A stretch of DNA of 64,000 nt from Botryllus schlosseri. Taxonomy: Eukaryota. Positions 11,649 through 25,000 of the stretch are shown here, one piece after another. Position 1 is the stretch's first letter, and each line of letters opens with the position of its first letter. The stretch lies in NCBI GenBank assembly GCA_051294905.1, contig CM119381.1, forward strand, positions 19,034,001 through 19,098,000, read 5' to 3'. The translations under genes and the position numbers were made by a program. A model generated the notes under the pieces. That model did no database searches. It had not been told where the DNA came from and saw nothing but the letters and a program-made list of their open reading frames with translations.

Positions 11649-13021
11649 TGCTTGGAACACGATGTGTGGGTGAAGCGTACTCGTGGCTTCATTTAATAGT
11701 AGTTTTCAATTGACATTGAATCGCGACTAAATGAACATCTGAGCATGAACACTGATGTTCAAACTAAAACGTCAGGAGTTAGAGCAGTACCAGTTGATAC
11801 CGCAGCGCACCTGATAATTTGTTGAAAGCTCGGTGTACTTCCGAACAAAGGTTTCTAACATATCCCATTCCCAACTTCTCCATCACCCATCTACCTCATT
11901 TGACATTTCTGTGGTACTGTAGTGCAGTTGACATTTACACCAACAAGTGATGCATGATAGATGACTTTATTGATAGTAGTGATGTCATTCGAAAATCATA
12001 CAGCCTGTAGCCCTCATCTTGATGGGTCTGACAAAAGTGTCAGTATGGTCACTGAGTTACTGACTAAATATAGCATAAGCTTGGCGACAATGCATCACAT
12101 TAGACACTTGAAACAAGGAGGTGACTTATTAATAACCTGTTGCTTGGCATTTGATTATATAATAATCGCAATCCTATTCTTCTGCATTCAAGACTATTGG
12201 GATTTCTGTTTTTATTTCATCAAAAAAACTGTAAAGCTAAAATCTTTATTTCATTGATAGGAAGTTTCTAAAATTTTGGTTAGCAAGTTTGTTGTGACTC
12301 TATTGTAGTAGTGACCCCCTGTATGGAATCAGTGCCCAGTGCTCACACGTCACACCACATTTTATTTTTTGATTATTTTTTATTGAATTACTTCAACTTG
12401 GAGAATCATTTCTGCTCACCTGATATATCAAGCAAAACGTACTGAGATTCCAATAGGGGTGACCCCTCTTTGTATGACACACTGCTCACAGCAGCATATT
12501 CAAACTGCATTCGCGATAGTTACCCAGTATCTAGTAGGTATAGCATGATGCTGTCAGGAATTATTTTCAAACAAAGTAACTGTATGAAAATCCTTCTGCA
12601 AAAGCCCAAACGGTGGATCAGATTGAACTGTAAATTGGTGTGGTACCGCTTCATATGGTGCCAGCATAAGCGTCGCAGATCCTGTTTACAGATGCAGCCA
12701 CTGATACGCAAATGAATATGAAAACGATGCAAAATTATAAAAATATTAAAGTCTGTTGAAATTATACTCCTGAGGTCATTTGACAACAGTATAATTATTA
12801 TGTATAATTTGGAGTTTATATCTCACTCAGGTAGTGCAAAATCAGCTCATCATAAACGGATGCACTTGAGCTAAGCTGCTAACAGTGATCTGAAATTTGT
12901 GCCGGAGTTCGCAGGTGTCTTCCGGACAACTTTTTCTTGGAAATGATTCATGGTGTCTTTTTCTAGATACTCTTCAATAGCATTGTGATAATTATGTTAC
13001 GCTAATTAATGATCATCAATC

Positions 13022-16000
13022 ATGAAGGATTCGCTTCAAATAGGGAAAAATCAGCATTTGGAGCCTAAAGAAGTGCTTCGACAGCGTCAAGGAATCGGAC
13101 CGCAAACATCAGAGTTTCTGGTACGCTCAGCCTCAGACAAACTCGTGATTTTTTATTTGCTTTCGATCTTATATATTTACTTGGCAATCATCCCTCTTCC
13201 TGGTACACATTTGAAAAACAAATCACTATGTGCTCTACATATGAACCAATTGACTTTGACGCAATATTTTTTTTCATTCGACATCCAAAAGTCATAGCAA
13301 ACTAATTAGATATTTGCAGGTGTATCAATGTGTTTTCTAACATACCAGATGTTACTTACTAGTCAGATTGTACTACTCGTCGAATATTTTCCATAGCATG
13401 ATAAATATGGTACTTGTTTGTTGTTCTAATTTACTGGGTTAAGTTCATCACAGAGTCAGCTGTAGTAGAGCTGTGTAGCAATATACTTTATTGATTCCAT
13501 GTTACCTTTATTCCAGGTGAAGTGGAGCGTCGTCACACAGTCATCCAATGAGACGGGAAATTCGTCACAAAATGGCAAAGAGGAAGAGAGTATCTTGATG
13601 TGGATGACCAAAGATGAGGTAATTTTTCAATTTATTTTTTCGAGAGAAATTCCCATACGGTAATAAGTCTTACCTTTTACCGATAAATTTGTTACTAAAA
13701 ATGTAACAACTAGCCTACCTACTATTAAAATGTTTGAACAGCTTCTTGGGGGTACTGAACTTCAATATACAATTGAATAGTATATTCATATGGAAATGAA
13801 CCTGAATATTTTCAGCTGACACTCGTCTGGGGTAATCATCAGAAGAACATCGTATATCATCAATCCTATCACAAAATATGACTTCACAAGCATGAAATTT
13901 TGAATACGAGAGCGTTCAATGTACTATTTTTAGATGGTACACAAACTCTTTTTGTTGACGCTGCCTTGGCTGGTGTATTTTGATAAAGTCAACCCTATAG
14001 CACACAAATGAAAGTGCGAACAGCCTCTCCCAACAACGCGACATTTGTCATCTGGATAATTTTTCCGCACAAACATGATTATCCAACAGATGTCTGCCAA
14101 TTGCAGAATTTATGGCCAGTGATTGTTCCGCATCAATCTTGAGCGGATGAGTCAAGGGTGAGCTTTACACCAAGCGTGATGCGTGTGTTCTAATAAATCT
14201 AGGGACGTGCTGATTTATTCCTCCCACGTAGCCAGAATCACAGTTCGTGTACATTGAACCGCTCTCGTATTCCAAATTTCATGCTGGTGACGTCATATTT
14301 TGTGTTATGATTGTTGATATGCAATGTTCTTTTGCATTCTCTACTAGTTGCTGACGATCACCCCTGACGAGTGTCAGCCAAAAATATTTGGGTTCATTTC
14401 ATTATGAATATGCTATTCAATTGTCTATCAGAATGTCGTAGGCTATTATTAATTTCGAAAATTACTGTAGCCTATCACTAAATATGAGTGTGAATTGTGA
14501 TCTGTATATGATATGTCGGTTGCCAATAAATTTGGCACCTGGTGAATTTAACAATAGAATTGTAATAATAATTATGACGATGTTATAATATTAAAATTGA
14601 GAATGACTGATTCACTGAATATGAGCGTGAATGCATGGCACTTGGTGCATTCGGCACTTGGTATGTATGTATTAATTTATTTGGGTTAGGGTAGGGGTAG
14701 ATTAGGTTTAGGGGCTGCCAAATGACAAATTCATTTGTAACCATCATTCCATCGGCATGTAGTATTCTTTGGTTTACGTATGAACATGCTTGAGACGAGT
14801 ATCGCATTTACGCTGCTGTGTGTCCTTTTCGATATATGTAATCTTGACACCAAGGCTCTCTGTATGTTAGGTGGAAGTATGCTGCAGCAGTTTGATAGGG
14901 AAAGCGTCATCGATGATCGGTAGTCGAAGCAAGAGCCTGTCTCCGCCATACCGTGACGACGACAGCGAACTACCCGTCGGCGCCGACACTGAAGATTTCG
15001 AAGATATGCGCGACGGTGATTACTTTTATCGTTTTTACACCTGTTTCCGATAGAGACGCCGGGATTTGTTCTTGCAGACGTCGAGAAACTTGTGGTACGC
15101 GCGCGAAGGCAAATGAAAAAGTTAGAAGCCGGGGAGATGAACCCTATAAAAAATATTTCGTACACGCTCAAAGTTTTGAGCACGTATGCCAGCCTGGGTT
15201 CGTTGGCCACCGTGTTCAGGCAGACCGGTGCATTGGATTTGATTTTGGAATTGCTGTGGTCGAAAGACGTGGAGACTAGGCGCCAGGCGGGGCAAATTTT
15301 GAAAGCCCTCGCATCTCACGATGGCGGTGAGTATTTTTTACTTTCCTGTAATTATCTTTTGCTGGCATGAACAAGGAAGTTTTCTCAGTAACCCGATTTC
15401 CATTTTAATTTATATCTTCAATCAATCAGTCTAACGTACATGCCTAGGATGTCATGATGTCGTTTGAGATGATGACTGATTCTTAGTCACGGTGACTTGT
15501 TATGATGCAATTCTGGTTTTCAGTTTGGACATTGTCTTACAATGTTAATAACTAATCTCGCAATTTTGTAGATAGGTTCGTAGGAGGTGATCTTACGTTT
15601 CTTGTTGCTGAATAATTTTGGCATATTAACTTCTGACATGATTTCACTACTTTAATACAAACTGAAGTGTAATTCGACATCATAAGATTATATTCTTAAC
15701 TAGCAATGGCCAATATGTATCATTCTGTGAGTGAACATATCACAGTTCTGGCAACGTTAGCGCACAATACCATCTTGGTTGAATCCAGACTGTATTGGCG
15801 GTGGCTGATCAGCTACCAGTACTCAGATATCAGGAGATGTGCTCACGTACTGCACAGGTACCCGGATAATGACTGGTCTTGAATAACGTCTTGCTTGATA
15901 TCAATAGATATAACTTGACTCATATTAGTAGTTAAGTTTCTGCTCGTAATGTCAACAGAGGTGTGTCATGTGTCTGTACTGAATATATTATGTTAATCAA

Positions 16001-19000
16001 AGGGGATTTCTACTTGGCTGCATGAGCGGTGTGGAAAAGACATATTTGGCATCAACACTGCAGGTAACAGCCCGAAGCGGCCAACATATCATATTCAAGT
16101 CAAGAATGCACTGATCCACCCTCTTATCCTGGTACCTAGCGGAATGAAGAACCAAGATATAAACGGAAATTGAATCCTGGCAGAATCTAGCTAATTGACT
16201 TGTCTTGTTCCAAGAAAATTCAAGAATTAAGAAAATCCTAGGATCTAGTGAACAACCCTTGTTTTTAGCTTCTACATTGAAAATATCAAAGCTCATGAAA
16301 CAACAGTGACAAACTCACAAAATAATGATTTTCTCATTTTGCAAAGCAGTTATGACTAAAAGCCCAATGACCAAGTTGACTGATCATTGATCCCTGAAAT
16401 GTGAACGATGGTCTATGCAAGCATACGCAATACAATTATATGTGCAATGCACGGGCTCAGTGTTGTGTACTGATGCTAGTATTCATTGATTTTAACCAAT
16501 AACATCAGAAATGGCGATTTGATCCTCGTTGGAAAATTAGAATTGGCTGTGATTCGAACTGAACGTCAGTAAAACAAATAACTCACTATACACATGAGAC
16601 TTGTGTCGTAGTCTGATTCATATCTAGGTCAATGAGGTGTTGATCTCTAACAGTTGAATCATGCCTGCTAGTTGCAATGTCTTTCATGAAATTTAAGTTT
16701 TGGACTCCTGTTTCAGGTAGCAGAGCTTACGTGCTGCTGTCTCTCATACAAGACAAGCACGGCCAGATGTCCATCGGAGATGGGGCCGACTTTGAAAACC
16801 GAAACACTGTGATGGAGATGTTCGCCGATACTTCCTCTGGCGAGGAGACGCATACGGTCTCGTTAGATTTCGTGCAACTGCCGCAAGTGAGATATCGCAA
16901 TTTTCGATTTCCATGGTATACATCGACGCTTCATGCTTGCTGTTTTATACCGTGCACGCATTTCAATCAATAGTCAATAGTCATATGTATCTCAATACCG
17001 CATAGAATCGAAAGTGATGGGTATTTGTGATAGATATTGTCAATCTGAGAATATTTTGTCATGGTGTGTCAATATTTCTGTTGCTAGGTCTCCGGAAAAT
17101 GCCTTTTTAAATTGATGAGATGCTATCTGAAAGTCACCTCTCTCCTCGATATGGACACACAGTTTGGTCAGCTACTGAACGGCGATTGCGGAAATGGTAA
17201 AAAGAAAGGTAAGTCGCATTGATTCAACTTCTTGTGTCTTATATTTCAGCTCCTAGCGAGATTCCTTTTAGACCGACAGCGTGAAATTGAATAAATTTGA
17301 ACCTGCGCAATCGGCTGCGAACAAACGTAATCGATTAGCGCTTATTTTAAAACGTCATAAGATGTTAAGGCCGAGTTATCAAAAGATACGACATGCCTGA
17401 ATCGGTCCGTGGACATATGAGCATGCGACACTTTAGCATGCGACAATTTGGCATGCGACATATGAGCATGTGGGTTAAATTACGGGTTAGGGTTGGATTT
17501 ATGGTTGGGTTAGGGTTAGGCTTTAGGTTAGGATATATATAAGGGTTAATTTCAGGGCTATGTTTCGGGTTAGGGTAAGTTTTTTGACTATAAAGTCACA
17601 TCCTGAAGTGACGCATGCTGAAGTGTCCCATGCTGAACTGTCGCTTTCCATAGTGTCGCATGCTCATATGTCGGGCAACCCGTTGGATCTATACTGGAAT
17701 TAGGTATAGGTTAGGGTAAGTTTTTTGGTTACACAGTCACACGCTGAAGTGACGCATGCTGATGTGTTCCATGCTGAACTGTCGTTTTCCATTGTGTTGC
17801 ATGCTCATATGTCGGGCAACCGCCTGAATCACCTGAACTTGGTGCCATCACAGAACAGATTCCACAGTAGACTTCAATCGTATTTATTCGTGAAATGTTT
17901 TGTCGTCGCCGAGGTTGCGTATTCAATTGTTCGTGCTTGTGTTGGTGAATAGTGAATAGTTGATATTGAAGCAAGATTGAGGAACGCTAAATAATCGCTG
18001 GCAAGCTTACGCCGGCTTATACGTGTAAATTCGTCAGCACGATGAAGCTTGTCCTATCCGTGTAGTATGAGCATTTACGCATGTACTTAACCATAATAAA
18101 TTGATGCTAACTCTATAATTTTAAAACAATTTCAAACCCCTCTTTTTATTCAAACCCCTCCCTTTTTTTCATCTGGCCAGCCCATGTAAAAGTAAAAGTC
18201 GGCTCCTCTGACAGGAATAGTTATTCATCACATTGTGTGAAAGAATAATAGAAGTGGAACATGAATTCGCGCGTTTGGTCGAGAGAGGAGATGGTGTTTC
18301 TCAGCGAAATCCCAGTCCAAATCGACGCCGTAAACGAGGACGCTTCGAATGTATGATTACTAATCACGGATTACAATTTACTGGGACGTTTTAAGCACTA
18401 GTTGATCGTCGCCCACGAAGCTGTGTATTCAATTATTCTCGCGCGCATCGGTCAATTGTAAATAGTTGGCATTTACGCGATGATGATCTCAGACAATATA
18501 AATATACAAAAATTTGAAATAGCAGACAGCGGGCATTTAAGCATCTTGTATGAGGTGGCTGCCACCCCATAAATGTGTCATGGGGTGACGCAGCCATCCC
18601 GTAAATCTAGCGCCTGTGATTCCTGTGCTTTGCGGAAATAGTTTCACATTTGTCGAATTTCACCACGTCAGTTTTAAACAGAAGAATGTGCCGGGATGAA
18701 TTTTAATGGATAGCTCATGTAATACAAAGCCTCAGTATCCTAATGTTAGTGATAAACTAACCATAACCACGTATCATTGGTTATATAGTTGAAGAGCTTC
18801 AATAGAGGAACTTCAATATACAATTGAATAGTATATTCATATTGAAATGAACCTGAATATTTTCTGTCTGCGGTAGTGATGGGATCTCCCATGGGACCTA
18901 CTTTGGCTAACATCTTCGTAGGATATTATGAAGGCCAGCTTCTCTCCCAACGATATGTAGATAATATTTCTGTCATGTTCAGAAACGAGTTGAAGTGTGA

Positions 19001-22000
19001 TCAATTTCTCATTCGCTTAAACTCGCTTCACACGGCCTTGTGATTCATAATTGACAAAGAACGTAACTCATTATCATTTTTGGACGCTGCTTTAGTCGGG
19101 AAGCACATTTACCAACAAATTTGAAACGTCTGTCTTCAGGAAATCGACATTCACAGGCCAATACCTTCCTTGGAATTCATTTAGTCCTCAGCGCAGAAAA
19201 ATCAACCTCATAGGCACCCTCGTGTATAGAGCGTTGATGATATGTTCGGGTAACAAACGAGTTTAGAACTTGACAACATCCGCAAAATCTTACTTGACAA
19301 CGGTTACCCTGAACACGTCATCAACTGCGACATAGAGAGGAAATTAACGCAGTTCAACGCAGAAAAGTCAACAGAGCCCACCGAACGGACAACCAAAGAT
19401 GTTTATATTCATCTGCCTTGGATTGGTCCTATTTCCACCCGTTGAAAAACAATTGATATCTGCGGTCAGTAAGTGTTACGACACAGTCAAAACCAATGTG
19501 ATTTTTACGACTACACAACTGCTCCCTTCAACACGCAAAGACGTGCTTCCTGCACTTCAACAAAGTAATGTAGTGCCCGAATATAAGTGCCACTGTGATT
19601 GTGGCTACAGGAACGCATAAACCAGCATTGTCCCCAGATTTATCACAACACGTGCATCACGCTCGGTGAAAAGCTCACCCTTAACTCATCCGCTCAAGCT
19701 TGATGCTGAGCGATCAAAGGCCATAAATTCTGCCAGCGGCAAACATCTGTTGGATAATCCGATTTGTCCGAATAATTATCGAGACGACAAATTTCACGTC
19801 GTCGGAGGGACCGTTCACACTTCCATTTGTGTGCCTTGGAGTCGACTTTTATCAAAATACACCAACCAAAACTCTGTCAACAAAAGGAGTTCGTTTACCA
19901 CCTAAAAATAGTACATTGAGCGCTATCTCAATCGAAATTTCATGATGTTGACGTCGTATTTTGTGATACGATTGTTGATATACAATGTTCTTTCCCATTC
20001 TCTACTAGTTGCTGACGATTACCCCTGACGAGTGTCAGCCGAAAATATTCGGGTTCATTTCAATATGAATATACTATTCAATTGTATATTGAAGTTCTGT
20101 ACCTGCAAGAAGCTCTTCAAAACATATAGTAGGAAATATGACAATCATTAGCAATGAAAAGTAGGTATAGTATTAAGCGACAAAAGAATTCATAAAATGA
20201 AGGGTTTTCATCGATTAAAACTCGGGGTGTCGGCTGGCAAAAATGGTTCAAAATAGGCGTACTCGACTCGGATACTCGAGTTGCAGACACGAGTGTCAGC
20301 CGAAAATATTCGGGTTCATTTCAATATGAATATACTATTTGCTGATAATATAGTATTTCATTTATGCACAAGGGAAGAATTTCTGCCAAGTTTAGGCCCG
20401 CCTTATCTTGACATATTTTGATATACACCGTCCCGTTCCTGATATCCTACTGCTATAGAACTGATTCTGCTCAAGATCTCGCTATGTACTAAATCTTAGT
20501 TTATCATTGATACGTTTGGGTCTATCCAATTCCTTTTTGTTCTCATCCACATCTTCTCATTCTGTGATTTCGTTTGCAGAAACTCCCAGCGCGAAAGCCA
20601 ACGTCGGTTTGTTCGGCGAGCGGAAGTTTGAAGTGGTCATGGCGATCGGCGACCTTATTTACGAACTGTGCGAGGTGATGGGGTGGAATAACCTGGCGGT
20701 TGGCACGGAAGAGACACCGCAGCGTGCGACCGACAAAACCACGGACACGCCCGGTATGTTTTCTGTTTGGCGGCGTACTCAGTCAACACTTTGTTAGTCG
20801 CCCGTTTTTCGTTATAGCCGCAGAGTCAAAAAAGAGCGATGTCGTCATGCAATACGGTCGGGATTTACTGTCGTTTGTCGAGAAATTTGTAAAAGTCTCC
20901 GATCAAAAGCAGCCTGGTTAGTGTCGATATTCCAAAGTCCCACCCGTGATGTCATTGCCAAAAGGATTGTCTGGTTTTGTGTTTTCATGATGATGTATAT
21001 CAGTATTGCCTTTTCACGGACGACCTGACACTAGTTCGTGTACCTCGGTTTCAGAAGCCCCGCTGTAGGCCAAGGCGCATGTCTGAGTAAAAGACTAATT
21101 CACGTCGTTAGACACCTTCCTATCTTTTCATGGTGTTTTCAAATCATAAAACTAAAAAATTAGCAAACTAACCACAACCAGAATCGGAAGTTAATCGCGA
21201 ACGGGATGCCTTCAATTCCCCGTCTTTCTCCTTGCGTCAGGGACGCCCGGGCATTCTTCGCTTCACGACAAGCTGGGTCTGAGGCACGGCGCGCTGCCGT
21301 TGGATCGTAGGATTTTGAAAAAAGTGATGGACGCGGAGCCGCTAGTGAAACAGCCCGAGGGACATCCTATGGATGTCGACTCGGCGCCGTCTACCTCTCA
21401 GGCGCATGCTCACCCGAAACTAGCTGCGTTGCTGAAAACTCACGAGGTGAGAAGGCGTAGACTGGTCCCTTACATGTTTTGACTTACTTAAGTACTTCTA
21501 CTTTTCTGTAGTACTCAAGTACATTTGTTATCTACTGGTTTCACTTACTCAATTAGTTTTGTTTCAATACTAGTTTTACTTCAACAGCTTTCGGCGTACA
21601 AATTTTTGCATGCTTTATATTGCCAAGTGGAAAGTGGTTTGGTGATTCATAAACAAGTTCGGCGATTTGAACCTTTTCTTGACCATCGAGTACGATTTGA
21701 GCTTTACAAGAGACCAAACGGTTAAAATTACTTGTCGTTCCAACATTTTTGCCCTCCTATTGCCCTCTTCATACGCTGGCAATCCGTGGATACGACCGCA
21801 TAACTTATGCATTTTTTTATCATTTTGTTATTTGGGACCGTCGATTGACTCTGTGCGACATCGCCCTACCGTTTTATACCATTTGGCAACCGATTGTGCC
21901 GCCGAGTTTAATGTAATGAAATCTTGCTTGTTTGATCGGTAAATATTTCCCTATTGAACTCGTAGCACACAGTTTTTATTGTAGCTTATATATATATCTC

Positions 22001-25000
22001 GTCCACAAATGCTCCATGTTACTTGGCATCTTGGATTGTCTTTGGAGTAAAACTGTACCGGGCGTTGCATGTGCGACTCAATTTCATTTTCCTTTGACCT
22101 AGCCTATGGAGACTTCGGACGTACCTGCACCGTCGAATTCACTTCTCGAACCGAGGAAATCGAACTGTATTTTTGCTTCTAAGACGAAGGAAGGGCTCGA
22201 TCAAAACCTGCTTTCGGAACTCATCAAAAACGACCCCGCGTTACACAGATACAGGTGACTTTTATGGGCGAAAATTCTTACGTTATATTTCTCGATTTTT
22301 TCAAAAATTTCTTGTGAGCGGATTAAATTTGGACAGTAACGTATGTTTTCAACGGGTATTTTGGGACAGATTTTTGTGTTCATTAATAACTAGGTAGGCC
22401 GGTGTGGTTTTGTTATGAACTTTCAAAAGAAGCTGTACAGATTACGTAATCTCGATGGCACCTTGAACCTCGCAGTTGTGATTCACTGTGATACCTTGTC
22501 ACATAATCGTGACGACGTGATCTCGTGAACATACAAGTCGCGACAGCACATAATTTGTATTCATTCGTGCTTTCACTTCCCTGCCGTAGCGCTATACCCA
22601 GTTGAGCACCATGTTTCCTTGCGATTGTTGGAATGCCTATTGATATCTCGGAAATACGATATTGTTTTGATATTCGAGTTTCAAAACCTTTGTTATACGA
22701 CGGGGCGGAACTATCCGTAATGAATACGCGGAACCTCAGATTTATATTCTCCGACACGGTGAACTCAAGTAATTTAAATGTTATTGTTTGTTTTTAGCGA
22801 ACCCTTCAAAGAACGGTCCGCGTTTGACTCGGAGAAAGAATATGAAGAGTATGTACGTGCCATGTTGCGTCCTGGGTGGTTTGTGAAAGCCATCGACGGT
22901 CATAAAAAGGTGGAGAAAGGCGACACGGGGATATTTGAATCTTTTGCGGTGTCGCCAACAGGAGAATGCGCCGTTGTGAGTTCATTCACGTATCAAAACA
23001 TTGTTCTGTCGGCTTACTAATCAATGAAGCTGTAACAGTGGGATGAGTTTACGCCAGAGGGGGCCAGTAATGAATAACCTCTATTTTTTCAAAGTCTTAG
23101 TGTGGCAGAAAGTGGTTTCGGGATAGATTTGCACAACTTTTACGAGTGCAATTGACACAACGACCGGGCAAAATATTCCTATATCACAATAATTGAACAT
23201 AATTTTGAAAATACCACCTTTTTGTGGTGACGTAATCATTTTGCTTCGGCCGCTACAAACACCATGCAATATCGAATGTAGCCACTTCAGATCATCTACT
23301 AGAAGTATCGCGAACCCTCGGCCAAATCAGCTTCTTGAAACTAGTTACTTGATGTTCCTTTTCGGCTTCCACGTGAAGAAGTTTTGACGCGTGTTTAAAA
23401 TCGGTATTTATACTTGTAATTGTGTAAAAACGTATGTCTATTTTGATCCGTAGCCGGCACAAGAATTTCTTGCTACAAAGCTTGCTCTTACATCCGAATT
23501 ACATTCTTGAGGAGATTAGATTGCACAAAATTTCCGTTTGTCATCCACTTGTCACAGGAGAATGTCCTTTTCAGGTTAATTGGAACCGCCTCGGTCAACG
23601 CTATCCAGTACGGGAAGGCGGACTACAAATACTCGGTAGAACCAGGCCGGCCTCGGGGAACATGTCGACCAAGGACGCCGCGAAACATCTTCCAGATTTT
23701 TTGAAAACCCCGGAAAACGCCAAGCTCTGGCCTGTTTTAACGGGTAAGGTCTTTACACTGCTTTGTGCATCTGACACTTTTGTGCGTTCTAGACTTCTTT
23801 GAGAGGAAATTTTCAACTTTACGCAAAGGTTATGGTGGATCTCCATGTGATGACCTCTAGTGTAGCCATGGATCTGTACTGAGACCTAATATGGAGATCC
23901 AAGACAAAAGTCCAATGACAGTCACTTTCAGCCATTTATTACTCATGGCCCGCTACCTTGGTGTCTTCCCTGTGACTTTAAATGAAGACCTACTAGCAAA
24001 ATTTTGAATGATGAGCACTAAAAAGGGTCATCACTTTAGCCTGGTCGAACTTGTGTCATAGTCTTTTCAGCAGTTAGGGTGTAAATTTTTTAAAGATATT
24101 GCTGCCCTTACAATTCTCTAAAATAGAACGGTATGGCGCCCATCTAAAACAATGTCCCGGCCCATAAGTTGAAAATCCTTATGTCAATATTGGAAATAAG
24201 AACCTTCCGCTTGGCTAATAATTCGACTTATTGCAAGGAACTTTTGCAAGCAGTTTAGTGTTTGTTTAGTAATACGTTACTGCCACGCGAAGAGGTGCTT
24301 TGGCCCCAGTGGCATGCCAAGACCGATGATATGTAGTCGTTGTTATTGTAACTATTTGTTCCACTCGGCTTCTCACTTTGATTTTCAGGTCAAGACTTTT
24401 ACAAGCTGTCCGCTCGCCCGTACTCATCCGGCATGGAGTCTAATTTTGGGGAGTTTTTGAAACCAGAGAGACAGGATAATGGAGAAGTGCTTTCTCAGCG
24501 GCTGTGGTGGGAGGTGCTGTTTTTTATACACAAACTGAGTTCGGAAGTCCGGAAACAAGCTTACCAAAAGATTGCTGATGTCACCCAGGTAAAAATTAAT
24601 TCTATGATGGCAACCCAGCTTTTATTTTTATTAATTTTTCAAATCTTGTTCTAATTGAAATCCAATAATTTTTTCCTATTGTGTTTCCTACTTAATTCCA
24701 TATCTAAATTCAATGTAGAAAATGTAAACCCTAATCCCTGCTTATCTCTGCTGTCCTGGGGCTAGTATGGAGCATAACGGTCTGCGAAGTATCCGGCCTT
24801 CGAGTACGATTATGGTCATCACGTCAGCCCGTGATTCAATTATTTAATTCTAGCAATATGCCTACTATCTGGGGCGTTTTATGACATGTCTTGTGGCAAG
24901 CTGTTTGACATTGGTTGTTTTTATAGAATGGAGTGGGAGACGCGGTCCAATCGCTGTCTTGTTTTAAAGACCACTCGATGAGTTTGTCTCAAATCACGGA

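Noticed and set aside
12419-12870. Further upstream exons for the unassigned minus-strand gene
   Set aside because: One candidate overlaps the inverted end of a ~150-bp MITE (12313-12465) and the chain could not be closed to a start codon.
17480-17580. TTAGGG-like repeats as an interstitial telomere
   Set aside because: They are degenerate, short and internal to a TIR-bounded MITE; similar patches occur at about 5500-5545 and 14680-14710.
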